DNA from: an uncultured Spirochaetota bacterium
GTDB lineage: Bacteria > Spirochaetota > Spirochaetia > SZUA-6 > Fen-1364
Assembly (NCBI GenBank): GCA_963781885.1
Contig: CAWAHW010000007.1
Coordinates: 544,001 to 608,000 of the forward strand
Reading direction: 5' to 3'
DNA: 64,000 bases
The notes under the pieces are model-generated. The model was given only the letters and a program-made list of their open reading frames with translations. It made no database searches and had not been told where the DNA came from. The translations under genes were made by a program, and so were the position numbers. Within the stretch, counting starts at the first letter, position 1; the number at the start of each line of letters is the position of its first letter. Shown here piece after piece: positions 18,407-27,853 of the stretch.

Positions 18407-19696
18407 CTATGAATCGGGGATCGTTTCCGGCGCGACGCGCAGCTCGTGCAGATCGAGGCCGATCGGTCGGGGCGCGTCGGCGCGCCGGCGGGGGGCGAGC
18501 TTCCACTCGGGGCTGTCCAGGTGATCGCGCGTGCGGAAGTACCGCGCTTTCGCTTCAAGCGCGCTGGGGCTTTCGATGGTGACCTGGCGGAACTGGAACG
18601 AAAGGTTCGAGTCGTCGGTGAGGAGGTCCTTCACGCTGTCCACCTGCGCGGCGGAGACCCCTGCCATGCCGAGTATCTCCCCGATGCCCAGCGGCAGGTT
18701 GCACGGCTTCGTGCCCGCAAGGGATATCCTCTCCTCCAGGAGCTTGTTCTCCAGCAGCACGTAGACGCGCGTCACGGGGTTTTCATAGACCCGCGCGCGC
18801 AGCCGGATGAATGTGAACCATAGCCGCTGGCTCAGGGTGACGAGGATCTTGCCGACGGTCGCGGGGGACTTCTGGAAGATTGTGGCAAGCGATGCACGGG
18901 ACACCGGCAGCAGCAGGCTCTCGCCGGTGCTGATGGCCGCCGCGCTGCGGGGCGCGCTGGAGATGATGGCGAGCTCGCCGAATATGTCCCCCTCCCGCAG
19001 GATGGAGAGCAGGACCTCCTCCGGCGGCGTGACCTTCAGGATCTCCACCTTCCCCGACTTGATGACGAAAAGCTCGTCGCCGGGCTCGTGCTCGCAGAAG
19101 ATCATCTGCCCGTCGTCGAAGACGCGGCAGAGGCCCTTCTGCCGGACCGGCACCGGCGTCACGCCCTTTGCTTTCGCCGCTGCGAGCATCTTCGCCGCGT
19201 CGGCGGCGTGCATGCCTTTGGGAAACCGGGCGGCGTAGGCCTGGAGGGCGTGCACGGCGTAGATCATCCGGCCCTTGTCGGCGAAATAGCGGGCCTGGGC
19301 AAAGAGGTGGCCTTCATCATCGGCGGCGTTCGCCTCATCGGAGGGGGAGGTCATGGCGTCGTCGTAGGCGCGCAGCTCCTGCGCGAAGTAGGAGATGATC
19401 CTGCCCGCCAGCTCGGGGTTGGACTGCACCGACTCGAGAAACCGGTCGCGCCCCAGCACGGCGCAGGTGCAGTCGGTGCGCGCGATTGCCGTTTCCATGC
19501 GCGGCCGCCGACAGAGGCACGACGTGAAACCGAATATGTCGCCCGGGCCCAGGATGCTCCTGAACCGGGGGATGCCGGGTGTGCCGGACAGGGCGACCTC
19601 GCCCGTCTCGACGATATAGACCTCGTCGCTCTCCTCGTCCGATTCGATGTAGAAAAGCGCGTCCTTATGGAAGCTTTTCGTCCCTGCGTCGCCCAT
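18407..19696 (-). CDS. Double cyclic-nucleotide-binding domain protein with central TPR-like segment (Crp-like)
   Basis: Two cNMP motifs (GDIFG..PRMETA; GDIFGELA..PRSAAA) flanking a TPR-like helix pair. Confidence 0.85.
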   Translation of the reverse strand: MGDAGTKSFHKDALFYIESDEESDEVYIVETGEVALSGTPGIPRFRSILGPGDIFGFTSCLCRRPRMETAIARTDCTCAVLGRDRFLESVQSNPELAGRIISYFAQELRAYDDAMTSPSDEANAADDEGHLFAQARYFADKGRMIYAVHALQAYAARFPKGMHAADAAKMLAAAKAKGVTPVPVRQKGLCRVFDDGQMIFCEHEPGDELFVIKSGKVEILKVTPPEEVLLSILREGDIFGELAIISSAPRSAAAISTGESLLLPVSRASLATIFQKSPATVGKILVTLSQRLWFTFIRLRARVYENPVTRVYVLLENKLLEERISLAGTKPCNLPLGIGEILGMAGVSAAQVDSVKDLLTDDSNLSFQFRQVTIESPSALEAKARYFRTRDHLDSPEWKLAPRRRADAPRPIGLDLHELRVAPETIPDS

Positions 19697-19712
19697 GATT
19701 GTCCCCATGAAG

Positions 19713-19741
19713 AGTGTAGGCGACCCGTCTTGTGCTGTCAA
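19713..19741 (-). promoter_or_regulatory. sigma70 promoter for the cNMP gene
   Basis: TTGACA-17 bp-TACACT. Confidence 0.7.
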
Positions 19742-19744
19742 ATC

Positions 19745-19803
19745 GCGCTACGGTAGTCCGTGGCATTCATGCGCCACGGTAGTCCGTGGCATTGCGCCAC
19801 GGA
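19745..19803 (+). repeat. Tandem short GTAG-type REP-like hairpins (about 2.5 units)
   Basis: GCGCYACGGTAGTCCGTGGCATT occurs twice, then GCGCCACGGA; GTAG-TCCGTGGC-N5-GCCACGGA is a perfect hairpin. Confidence 0.8.
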
Positions 19804-19876
19804 CGTGCACCGGAGCCGGTGGGCCCGGGCGCGTTGACTTGCGGCTGAGCGGGCGCGCGTGCGATAGTGACAGGCC

Positions 19877-20833
19877 ATGAGCAGGCTGGAAGATCTCCTG
19901 GGCGTCGTTGCGGACCGTCGACCCGTCTACGTGCAGACGCACGATTTTCCCGATCACGATGCTGTTGCGTCGGCCTTTGGCATGCAGGGCGTGCTCGCCC
20001 GGCGGGGCATACCGTCCCGCATCGTCCATGCCGGGGAGATCCAGCGCGACTCCCTGCGCCGCATGATCCGAGACCTCGGGATCGACGTCACGCACGCCGC
20101 GGACGTGCACATGTCCGACGCGGATCCCGTCATCATCGTGGACGGCTGCAAGGGAAACAAGAACGTGACCGATCTTCCCGGCGACGAGGTGGCGGTGATC
20201 GACCATCACGACGTGAAGAGCCCCGACAATGTGCCATTCGTCGACATCCGCCCGGACCGTGGCGCCTGCGCGACGCTTCTCTGCGACTACTGGGCGGAGG
20301 CAGGGGAGAGCATCCCCGGTCCCGTGGCAACGGCGCTCATGATCGGCATCAACATGGACACCGCGCTTCTCACGCGCCAGGTGAGTCGCTGGGACATCCA
20401 GGCCTACGCGGACCTCTACGTGCGCGCCGATCTGCGCCTGGAAAACTCCATCCTGCGCAACACGATCCAGACCAAGGATCTCGCCTTCTATCGACAGGCC
20501 CTCAAGAATGTCGAGATTCGAGACCGCATGGCATTCTGCTGGTTCCCCGAGGGCTGCAACCAGAACCTCCTCGGCATACTCGGGGACTTCTTCATCAGTC
20601 TCGAGGAGGCGGAGTTCGTCGTGCTCTGCGCCCGCAACGCGAATGTCATCAATGTCTCCGTTCGCAGCGAGCGGGAAGACTGGAACGCCTCCCGGGTCGT
20701 TCAGAAGGCTCTCGACGGCATCGGTTTCGGCGGCGGCCACGCGGACATGGCGGGCGGCATGATCCGCGAGCTCGCCGGCGTGGACGGTGAAGTCCTGCAG
20801 GCGCGTTTCAGGGAAGTCCTGGCCGCCGGATAG
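19877..20833 (+). CDS. DHH-family phosphoesterase (NrnA/c-di-AMP PDE-like)
   Basis: HDFPDHDA, IIVD, IDHH, DT, SVRS, GGGH motifs. Confidence 0.9.
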   Translation: MSRLEDLLGVVADRRPVYVQTHDFPDHDAVASAFGMQGVLARRGIPSRIVHAGEIQRDSLRRMIRDLGIDVTHAADVHMSDADPVIIVDGCKGNKNVTDLPGDEVAVIDHHDVKSPDNVPFVDIRPDRGACATLLCDYWAEAGESIPGPVATALMIGINMDTALLTRQVSRWDIQAYADLYVRADLRLENSILRNTIQTKDLAFYRQALKNVEIRDRMAFCWFPEGCNQNLLGILGDFFISLEEAEFVVLCARNANVINVSVRSEREDWNASRVVQKALDGIGFGGGHADMAGGMIRELAGVDGEVLQARFREVLAAG

Positions 20834-20963
20834 CGTGGGCTTCGCGGCCTGCCGCGATGACGACCCCCCCCCGATGATTGGCGCCATGTCCTCGCCTCCG
20901 GGCGGATTGATGATGTCGCTGCCAATGATCCATATCCGACGGATGACGGACGACATGAGCGAG

Positions 20964-20992
20964 TTGACACGGCCGGACAGGCCGCGCAAGAT
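20964..20992 (+). promoter_or_regulatory. sigma70-type promoter, probably giving a leaderless mRNA
   Basis: TTGACA-17 bp-CAAGAT, 6 nt before the ATG at 20999; no SD. Confidence 0.55.
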
Positions 20993-20998
20993 CGGGCC

Positions 20999-22348
20999 AT
21001 GTTGGACCTGGCATCACTGAATGCATCCCGCAAGGAAGACCGGCTGGACGCGCTTCGCCGCGTGGCAAAGCCGCGGCCCGGGGGCGTGCGACGCTTCCAA
21101 GAGGGGCAGGAGGTGAATTGCCACGTTCATTCCTTCTATTCATTCAGCCCTTATTCGCCTTCCGCAGCCGCGGCGTGCGCCCAAGCGGCCGGGCTTGCAG
21201 CGGTCGGCATCATCGATCACGACACCATGGCTGGTGCGGCGGAGATGCGCGCGGCAGGATCGATACTCGGCATCGCGACCACGGCGGGGGTGGAGCTCCG
21301 CGTCGATGCAGGAGGAACGAAGCTCGAGGGCAGGCGGATCAACAATCCCGACTCGCTGGGCATTCTCTACATGATCATCCACGGGGTGCCCGCGCGGAGC
21401 GATGCGGCGGTCCAGGATTTTCTCGCCCCCCTGCGGTCCGCCCGGGAGAGCCGCGGCCGGCGCATGCTGGCGGGCATCAACGACATGCTCCCCGGTCTCG
21501 GTCTTCCGCGCCTGGATTGGGAGAGGGACGTCCGGCCGCTCTCGCGTGCCGACGAGGGCGGGACCATCACGGAGCGCCACATCCTCTTCGCTTTGGCGCG
21601 CGCGGTGGTGGAAAAGGCCGGACGCGGCCTGGCGCTCATCGCTTATCTCCGCGATTCACTCGGCCTCGCTCCGCGCGGGCGCATCGCCGACTGGCTCGCC
21701 GACGCGGGCAACGACTTCCTGCTCTATGACCTGCTCGGTCTGTTGAAGGGGTCGTTTCTTGAGAAGGTGTTTCTCCAGCCGGATTCCCGGGAATGCATGC
21801 ATGTGACTGAGGTCGTGCGTTTTGCGGAGGAGATCGGCGGCATCCCCACCTACCCCTATCTCGGCGACGTGACGGATTCCCCCACGGGCGACAAGAAGGC
21901 GGAGAGCTTCGAAGACAGCTACCTCGACGAGCTCATGGAGGAGGTCGGAAGGCTCGGATTCAGGGCGATCGCCTACATGCCGCCGCGCAACACGATGGAG
22001 CAGCTTCGCCGCGTCCAGGCAATCTGCCGTGCGCGCGGCTTCATGGAGATCAGCGGCGTCGACATCAACAGCCCGCGGCAGTCGTTCACCTGCCCCGAGC
22101 TCCTTCTCCCCGAGTTCTCGCACCTTGCGGATGCCACGTGGGCGTTGATCGCGCATGAGAGGCGAGCGGACAACGATCCCCGCGACGGGCTTTTCCGCGA
22201 CGACAATCCCCTCGCGCCTCTTTCACTCGCGCGGCGCATCAAGACTTACGCCGCGGCGGGCAGGGCGATGGATCCATCCGACGACCCGCCCGCGGCTGCT
22301 CCCCATCCCGCGCCGGACTCCGGGGGGCACGGAGGCGTCCAAACATAG
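20999..22348 (+). CDS. PHP-domain metal-dependent phosphoesterase
   Basis: NCHVHSFYS, IIDHD, GVE, ERH, ISGVD motifs. Confidence 0.85.
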   Translation: MLDLASLNASRKEDRLDALRRVAKPRPGGVRRFQEGQEVNCHVHSFYSFSPYSPSAAAACAQAAGLAAVGIIDHDTMAGAAEMRAAGSILGIATTAGVELRVDAGGTKLEGRRINNPDSLGILYMIIHGVPARSDAAVQDFLAPLRSARESRGRRMLAGINDMLPGLGLPRLDWERDVRPLSRADEGGTITERHILFALARAVVEKAGRGLALIAYLRDSLGLAPRGRIADWLADAGNDFLLYDLLGLLKGSFLEKVFLQPDSRECMHVTEVVRFAEEIGGIPTYPYLGDVTDSPTGDKKAESFEDSYLDELMEEVGRLGFRAIAYMPPRNTMEQLRRVQAICRARGFMEISGVDINSPRQSFTCPELLLPEFSHLADATWALIAHERRADNDPRDGLFRDDNPLAPLSLARRIKTYAAAGRAMDPSDDPPAAAPHPAPDSGGHGGVQT

Positions 22349-22352
22349 AACA

Positions 22353-22386
22353 GAACGTTATATAACGTTCACCGTCGGTCTATGGT
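22353..22386 (+). promoter_or_regulatory. Perfect 18-bp palindrome (putative operator) overlapping a putative promoter of the tolC-macAB operon
   Basis: GAACGTTATATAACGTTC at 22353-22370; TTATAT-17 bp-TATGGT. Confidence 0.6.
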
Positions 22387-22441
22387 GAAATCAGGGTGAC
22401 CTTTGTATGTTCGTTTCATGCGAAAGGTTCAGGCATTGAAC

Positions 22442-23848
22442 ATGAAAGGCGCGATTCCGATCGCTGTGCGGCGGCTGGCCGTGTGTGCCGCTCTCCTCTG
22501 CATGCCTCTCTTTGCCTCGAATGCCGACGATCAGACCGTCACGCTCGACCAGGCGGTCCAGCAGGCGCTCGCAACCGGCCCCGACATCAGGCTGTCCAAC
22601 GCGACCATCGGCACGGCACAGTCGCAGTACGCGGCGGCGGTTGCTGCAAACTCCTTCGGTTTGAACGGGACGGGAGACATCAGCCACACCGAAGCCGGCA
22701 CGCTGCGCAGCAATGGGCAGATCGCCAGCAACCCGTACGACTCCGCCGACGCAGGGGTCAGCGTCAGCGGCCCTCTCTCCACCGCCGTGAGCGTCACCGC
22801 TTCGCAGGCCCTTTTCGAGAACACGACCCCGTTGAACCAGGCATCGCAGCTCCACGCGGGAGCGAGCTCCACTCTCTGGGACGGTTATCCCGGGGGAAGC
22901 GCGCGAGCGGCGGTCCAGCAGGCATCCCTGAGCCTCCAGGTCACGCAGTCCGGCGAGAACGCCAATCAGAAGAACATCGTCTACCAGATCAAGCAGGCGT
23001 ACTATACGCTCCTGGCCCAGCAGAGGCAGCTTGCCATCTTCCAGCAGACCCTGGAGCAGCGCCAGGAAGAGCTCAAGAAGACACAGGCGCTCTTCGACGC
23101 CCAGAGCGCCAACCAGATCGACCTGAAACAGGCACAGGTCAACCAGACGCAGGCGGACCTCGACCTCAAGAAGGCGCAAGATACCCTGGAGATAGACCGT
23201 GAGCTGCTGTCGGCGCTCGTAGGCTGGCCCATCGAGCGGCAGTATTCCGTGGCAGAAGTGCCTGACATGCCCGTTGCTTCGATGGACGTGGCCGAAGCGG
23301 TGAAAACCGCGCTTGCCCAGCGAGCTGACCTGAAACAGTCGATGCTCAATCTTGCCGCCGGGGACATTTCCGTCGCCCTGGCAAAAGCCAAAGGATCGCC
23401 CGTGGTGAAGGCCAACGGGACGTTCGACTACTACGTGAACTGGTCCAATCCCGTTTCCACGAGCACGGGCTGGGGCGCCGGCGTGAGCGTGAGCATGCCC
23501 GTGCTGGACGCGGGCGCCACGGCGGCGGCCGTGAAACAGGCGCAGCTGGCGAACGAGACCTTGAAAATCCAGCAGGAAAAGCTCGTGGCAAGCATCAGCA
23601 CAAGCGTCAAGAACGCGATCTATTCGCTGCGGGACCTCCTGGCGCGCGCGGATCTCGCGCAGGCCAGCCTCAATCTCGCACAGAACCAGTATGACCTCGC
23701 GCAACTCGAATTCGACAACGGAGTGCTGGCGAATCTCGACGTCCTGACCGCCTCCGTTGCGCTCACGACGGCGAAGGTGAATCTTGCCACGGCGAAGAGC
23801 AATGCACAACTAGGCGTGCTTGCGCTGCAGAACGCCCTGGGTTATTAG
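22442..23848 (+). CDS. TolC-family outer membrane efflux protein
   Basis: Signal peptide, TLDQAVQQAL, two OEP-like coiled-coil repeats, VSMPVLDAG. Confidence 0.9.
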   Translation: MKGAIPIAVRRLAVCAALLCMPLFASNADDQTVTLDQAVQQALATGPDIRLSNATIGTAQSQYAAAVAANSFGLNGTGDISHTEAGTLRSNGQIASNPYDSADAGVSVSGPLSTAVSVTASQALFENTTPLNQASQLHAGASSTLWDGYPGGSARAAVQQASLSLQVTQSGENANQKNIVYQIKQAYYTLLAQQRQLAIFQQTLEQRQEELKKTQALFDAQSANQIDLKQAQVNQTQADLDLKKAQDTLEIDRELLSALVGWPIERQYSVAEVPDMPVASMDVAEAVKTALAQRADLKQSMLNLAAGDISVALAKAKGSPVVKANGTFDYYVNWSNPVSTSTGWGAGVSVSMPVLDAGATAAAVKQAQLANETLKIQQEKLVASISTSVKNAIYSLRDLLARADLAQASLNLAQNQYDLAQLEFDNGVLANLDVLTASVALTTAKVNLATAKSNAQLGVLALQNALGY

Positions 23849-23863
23849 GCAGAGGAGCCGATC

Positions 23864-25162
23864 ATGAAGAAGGGAACCAGGACGGGAATCATCATCGCCG
23901 CGATCGTCGTCGTCGCGGGCATCGGGTTCCTCGTCGTCCGGGGAAGGATCGCAGCGGGCGCGGCAAAGACCGCCGCGAAGGATCCCGCCGCGCCGACAAT
24001 CGTGAAGGTGACGCGGGGGAACCTGGACGCTTCCATCACGGCCTCCGGGCAGTTGCAGCCGAACACCATCACGACCATCCGGCCGGATGCCAACATGCCG
24101 ACGCGCAAGCTGGTGAAGATATTCGTCAAGGAAGGCGACCGCGTGAAGGTGGGAGAGGCGCTTGCCGAAGTGGATCCCTCGGGGCTTGACGCAAACCTCC
24201 AAAGCGCGAAAGCGAACTTCGAGTCGCAGAAAGTGAAGCTCGCCAACCTCCAGGCAAAGCCGCAGAACCTCGACATTGCCGCGGCCGAAGCAACCCTTGC
24301 GGGGGCAAAGAATACCCTGGACACCGCGCAGGAGAGTTACGACAACACCAAGGCGCTGGCGGACAAGGGGCTCGCGGCGAAAAACGTCCTCAACGATGCC
24401 CAAGGCGCGCTCGCCGCGGCGAAGGTCGCCTACACCTCCGCGCAGCTTTCCTATGACAACGTCAAGGCGCAAAACTCCGACGCCGACATCCAGGCGCAGC
24501 AGTCGGCCGTTTCCACAGCGCAGAGCGCGCTGGAGATCGCCCAGCTCATCTCTGACAGCATCACCATCCGCTCTCCCGCCGCGGGGGTGGTCGCGGAGGT
24601 GGACGTGAACGTGGGAGACCTCATCAGCCCCAGCACGGCCCTCATGACGGTGATCGACCCCGATCCCATGTGGCTGCAGGCGCAGGTGAATGAGAACGAC
24701 ATGGCCCAGGTGAAGGTCGGCCAGACCGCGACGGTGACGCCCTCCGGATACCCCGACATGTCCATTCCCGGCAAGGTCACGCAGATCGACCTCCACGCGC
24801 AGATCCAGTCGAACGTGTCGGTCTTCACGACAACCATCGAGGTGCCCAACAAGGATGGAAAGCTCCTGTGGGGGATGAATGCCGATGCGGAAATCTCCGT
24901 GCTCTCCCTGAACAATGTTCTCACGCTGCCCGTCGCGGCGGTGAAGACCGCCAACGGTGCGAGCACGGTGACGATACTCGACGGCGGACAGCAGGTCTCA
25001 TGGGACGTGCAGACCGGGGCCACGGACGGGACCAAAACCCAAATCGTCGCCGGCCTCGACGAGGGCACCGAGGTGGTGATCTCCCGCAGGTCGTCCGCGC
25101 CCACCACCACGACCCCGCAGCGCCCAGGCGGCATGGGCGGCCTGTTTTCGATCATAAGATAG
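23864..25162 (+). CDS. Efflux periplasmic adaptor (MacA-like)
   Basis: N-terminal TM; VKEGDRVKVG; IRSPAAGVV; GMNADAEI; GLDEG. Confidence 0.9.
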   Translation: MKKGTRTGIIIAAIVVVAGIGFLVVRGRIAAGAAKTAAKDPAAPTIVKVTRGNLDASITASGQLQPNTITTIRPDANMPTRKLVKIFVKEGDRVKVGEALAEVDPSGLDANLQSAKANFESQKVKLANLQAKPQNLDIAAAEATLAGAKNTLDTAQESYDNTKALADKGLAAKNVLNDAQGALAAAKVAYTSAQLSYDNVKAQNSDADIQAQQSAVSTAQSALEIAQLISDSITIRSPAAGVVAEVDVNVGDLISPSTALMTVIDPDPMWLQAQVNENDMAQVKVGQTATVTPSGYPDMSIPGKVTQIDLHAQIQSNVSVFTTTIEVPNKDGKLLWGMNADAEISVLSLNNVLTLPVAAVKTANGASTVTILDGGQQVSWDVQTGATDGTKTQIVAGLDEGTEVVISRRSSAPTTTTPQRPGGMGGLFSIIR

Positions 25163-25176
25163 GAAAGGGGCCGCAT

Positions 25177-27171
25177 ATGGCACGCGCCCTTATCGTCACG
25201 AACAACCTCACAAAGACATACGACACGGGGACCGTCGAGGTGCTCGCCCTGAAGGGCGTCTCCTTCACCCTGGAAGAGGGGGAGTTCGTGGCGGTCATGG
25301 GACCGTCGGGCTCGGGCAAGAGCACCTTCCTCAACCTCCTGGGCTGCCTCGACCACCCGACGAGCGGCAGCTACGTGCTGGACGGCACCGACGTGTCCAC
25401 GATGAATGACGACCAGCTCGCCGCCGTGCGCAGCACCTCCATCGGTTTCGTCTTCCAGGGCTTCAACCTCCTGCCGCGCACGAGCGCAGAGCGCAATATC
25501 GAGCTGCCGCTCATCTACACCGGCGAGCGGCGGCGTTTCACCCCGGCACACGCCCTCCTGGAGGCGGTCGGTCTTCCCAAGCGGGGCCACCACACTCCCA
25601 GCGAGCTCTCCGGTGGCGAGCAGCAGCGCGTAGCGATCGCGCGGTCGCTGGTGAACTCACCGGCGATCATCCTCGCCGACGAGCCGACGGGAAATCTCGA
25701 CAGCCGCATGAGCGACGAGATCATGGACATCTTCCTGAGCCTCAACCGCGCGGGGATCACGATCCTGATGGTGACGCACGAGGAGAGCGTGGCGGCCTAT
25801 GCGCGGCGCCTTGTGAAATTCAAGGACGGTGTAATCGTCTCCGACGAGCCCATTGCACATCCCAAGCCGCAGACCGGCGCCGGGGTGGACGTCGACACGA
25901 TACGCCGGGTCACCACGCGTGCCTCCAACAAGAGGCGCGGGGTATTCAGTCCGGGCGAGCTCTGGGAAAACGTCAGGTCCGCCGCACGGTCGCTCTTACA
26001 AAACAAGATGCGCGCCGTGCTCACGATCCTCGGCATCCTCATCGGCGTCGGGGCGGTCATCGCCATGGTTTCCGTGGGGCAGGGGGCGACCGCGGGCGTC
26101 ACGCAGCGCATCCAGGGGCTGGGGAGCAACTTCCTCACCGTCACGCCCGGCAGCAGCAACGTCGGGGGATTTCGCGCGGGATTCGGCTCCGTGGTCACCC
26201 TGACGATCGATGATGCCACGGCCATCAAGGCGGGCATACCGAACATCGTCGGGGTGGAGCCGGAAAACAATGCCCGCCAGCAGTTGAAGTACCAGAAGAA
26301 CAACTGGCAGACCTCTCTTACGGGAACCTCCGCGGACTATCCCACGGTCCGCAACTGGAATGTTTCCAGCGGAACTTTTTTCACGGATGAGGACAACAGG
26401 GCGAAAAGAAACGTCGTGGTTCTGGGACAGGACGTCGTCACGAATCTCTTCGGCGACGACGATCCCGTCGGCAAAACCATCAAGATCGGTGCGAACAACT
26501 TCAAGGTGATCGGCGTGCTGGAGAAGAAGGGCGCCGGCGGGGGGTTCTTCAGCCAGGACGACACCGCGCTCATTCCCATCAACACGATGTACGCGCGCTT
26601 TCGTCACCAGAAGGACGTGCGCAGCATCGGCGTGACCGCCACGGACAAGGACCAGCTCGACCAGGTGAAATCGGACATCACGGCGCTCCTGGAGCAGCGG
26701 CACAAGATCCAGGAAGGGGCGGCGGATGATTTCTCCATCGTCACCCAGCAGGACGTGCTGCAGACCGTGCAGGGCGTGTCCCAGATCATGACGCTTCTCC
26801 TGGGGGCCATCGGCGGCATCAGCCTCCTGGTCGGCGGCATCGGCATCATGAACATCATGCTCGTGTCCGTCACCGAGAGGACGCGGGAGATCGGCATCAG
26901 GAAGGCGCTCGGCGCGCGTCGGCGCGACATCATGGCGCAGTTCCTCGTGGAAGCGATCATCCTGTCCGGGCTCGGCGGTCTTCTGGGCTGGGGTCTTGGC
27001 GCCCTGGCGTCTCAACTGATCAGCAAGTTCGGGAACATGACCGCGATTCTCACGGTGGGTACCGTCGGGCTCGCGCTCGGGTTCTCGATTGCCGTGGGCC
27101 TTTTTTTCGGGATCTACCCGGCGCGCAAGGCGTCGCGCATGGATCCCATCCAGGCCCTGCATTTCGAGTAG
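25177..27171 (+). CDS. macB: MacB-type fused ABC ATPase/permease
   Basis: GPSGSGKST, LSGGEQQR, DEPTGNLD; GIMNIMLVSVTERTREIGIRKALGA. Confidence 0.88.
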   Translation: MARALIVTNNLTKTYDTGTVEVLALKGVSFTLEEGEFVAVMGPSGSGKSTFLNLLGCLDHPTSGSYVLDGTDVSTMNDDQLAAVRSTSIGFVFQGFNLLPRTSAERNIELPLIYTGERRRFTPAHALLEAVGLPKRGHHTPSELSGGEQQRVAIARSLVNSPAIILADEPTGNLDSRMSDEIMDIFLSLNRAGITILMVTHEESVAAYARRLVKFKDGVIVSDEPIAHPKPQTGAGVDVDTIRRVTTRASNKRRGVFSPGELWENVRSAARSLLQNKMRAVLTILGILIGVGAVIAMVSVGQGATAGVTQRIQGLGSNFLTVTPGSSNVGGFRAGFGSVVTLTIDDATAIKAGIPNIVGVEPENNARQQLKYQKNNWQTSLTGTSADYPTVRNWNVSSGTFFTDEDNRAKRNVVVLGQDVVTNLFGDDDPVGKTIKIGANNFKVIGVLEKKGAGGGFFSQDDTALIPINTMYARFRHQKDVRSIGVTATDKDQLDQVKSDITALLEQRHKIQEGAADDFSIVTQQDVLQTVQGVSQIMTLLLGAIGGISLLVGGIGIMNIMLVSVTERTREIGIRKALGARRRDIMAQFLVEAIILSGLGGLLGWGLGALASQLISKFGNMTAILTVGTVGLALGFSIAVGLFFGIYPARKASRMDPIQALHFE

Positions 27172-27182
27172 GGAGGATTTTG

Positions 27183-27830
27183 ATGATGAAAAGACATGCA
27201 TTCGTGCTTCTTGCTGGTCTTGCCCTCATTGTCGCCGCTGCACCGGCCGGCGCACAGACCCCGGGCGGGATGATGATGCAGGGCTTCAACGTCCAGACGT
27301 TGATCACCCAGCTTTCCCTGTACCTGCCGGAGGATTCCACGCGCGGCATGTACGCCGGGCGCGGCCAGGGCACGCAAGCCGGGCAAGGGGCGCCGGCGGG
27401 GCAGGCCTCGGCCGGCGGGCGGAGATTCCCGCAGATGCAGTTCACCCGTGATCCGAAGCTCTTCCTGACCAAGGAGCAGATCGCGGCATTGCTTCCGATC
27501 CTTCTGGACCTGAAGGCCAACCCGATGCCCACCCCGTCCAAGGCGAGGACGGTGCAGGCGAGTGTGGACACAGTCCTCACGGTCGCGCAAAAGGCGGAAT
27601 ATGCCGATTTCCAGAAACAGGTGCAGAAAATGATTGCGGATTTCCGCGCGCAGATGGCGGCAAATGGCGGCGCCGCCGGCAGCGGGCAATCCGCCGGCGC
27701 GGCCGGCAACGGCCAGGGCGGCGCGGGGGCAGGCGGCGGCTCCCAGATGGCGCCTCTCCAAAGGCGCCAGCGCCAGGTGGACGCATTCGTCCAGGTGCTG
27801 CAGGACCGCCAGAAGCAGCTCGGCGCCTGA
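27183..27830 (+). CDS. Secreted helical protein with two LTxxQ motifs (Spy/CpxP-like), Gly-rich
   Basis: Signal peptide ending AGA-Q; LTKEQ and LTVAQ. Confidence 0.6.
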   Translation: MMKRHAFVLLAGLALIVAAAPAGAQTPGGMMMQGFNVQTLITQLSLYLPEDSTRGMYAGRGQGTQAGQGAPAGQASAGGRRFPQMQFTRDPKLFLTKEQIAALLPILLDLKANPMPTPSKARTVQASVDTVLTVAQKAEYADFQKQVQKMIADFRAQMAANGGAAGSGQSAGAAGNGQGGAGAGGGSQMAPLQRRQRQVDAFVQVLQDRQKQLGA

Positions 27831-27853
27831 GCGCGGGCAAGGAGGCAGGCTTT

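Noticed and set aside
19745-19803. Possible mini CRISPR array
   Set aside because: Units are 0-3 nt apart, with no spacers and no cas genes
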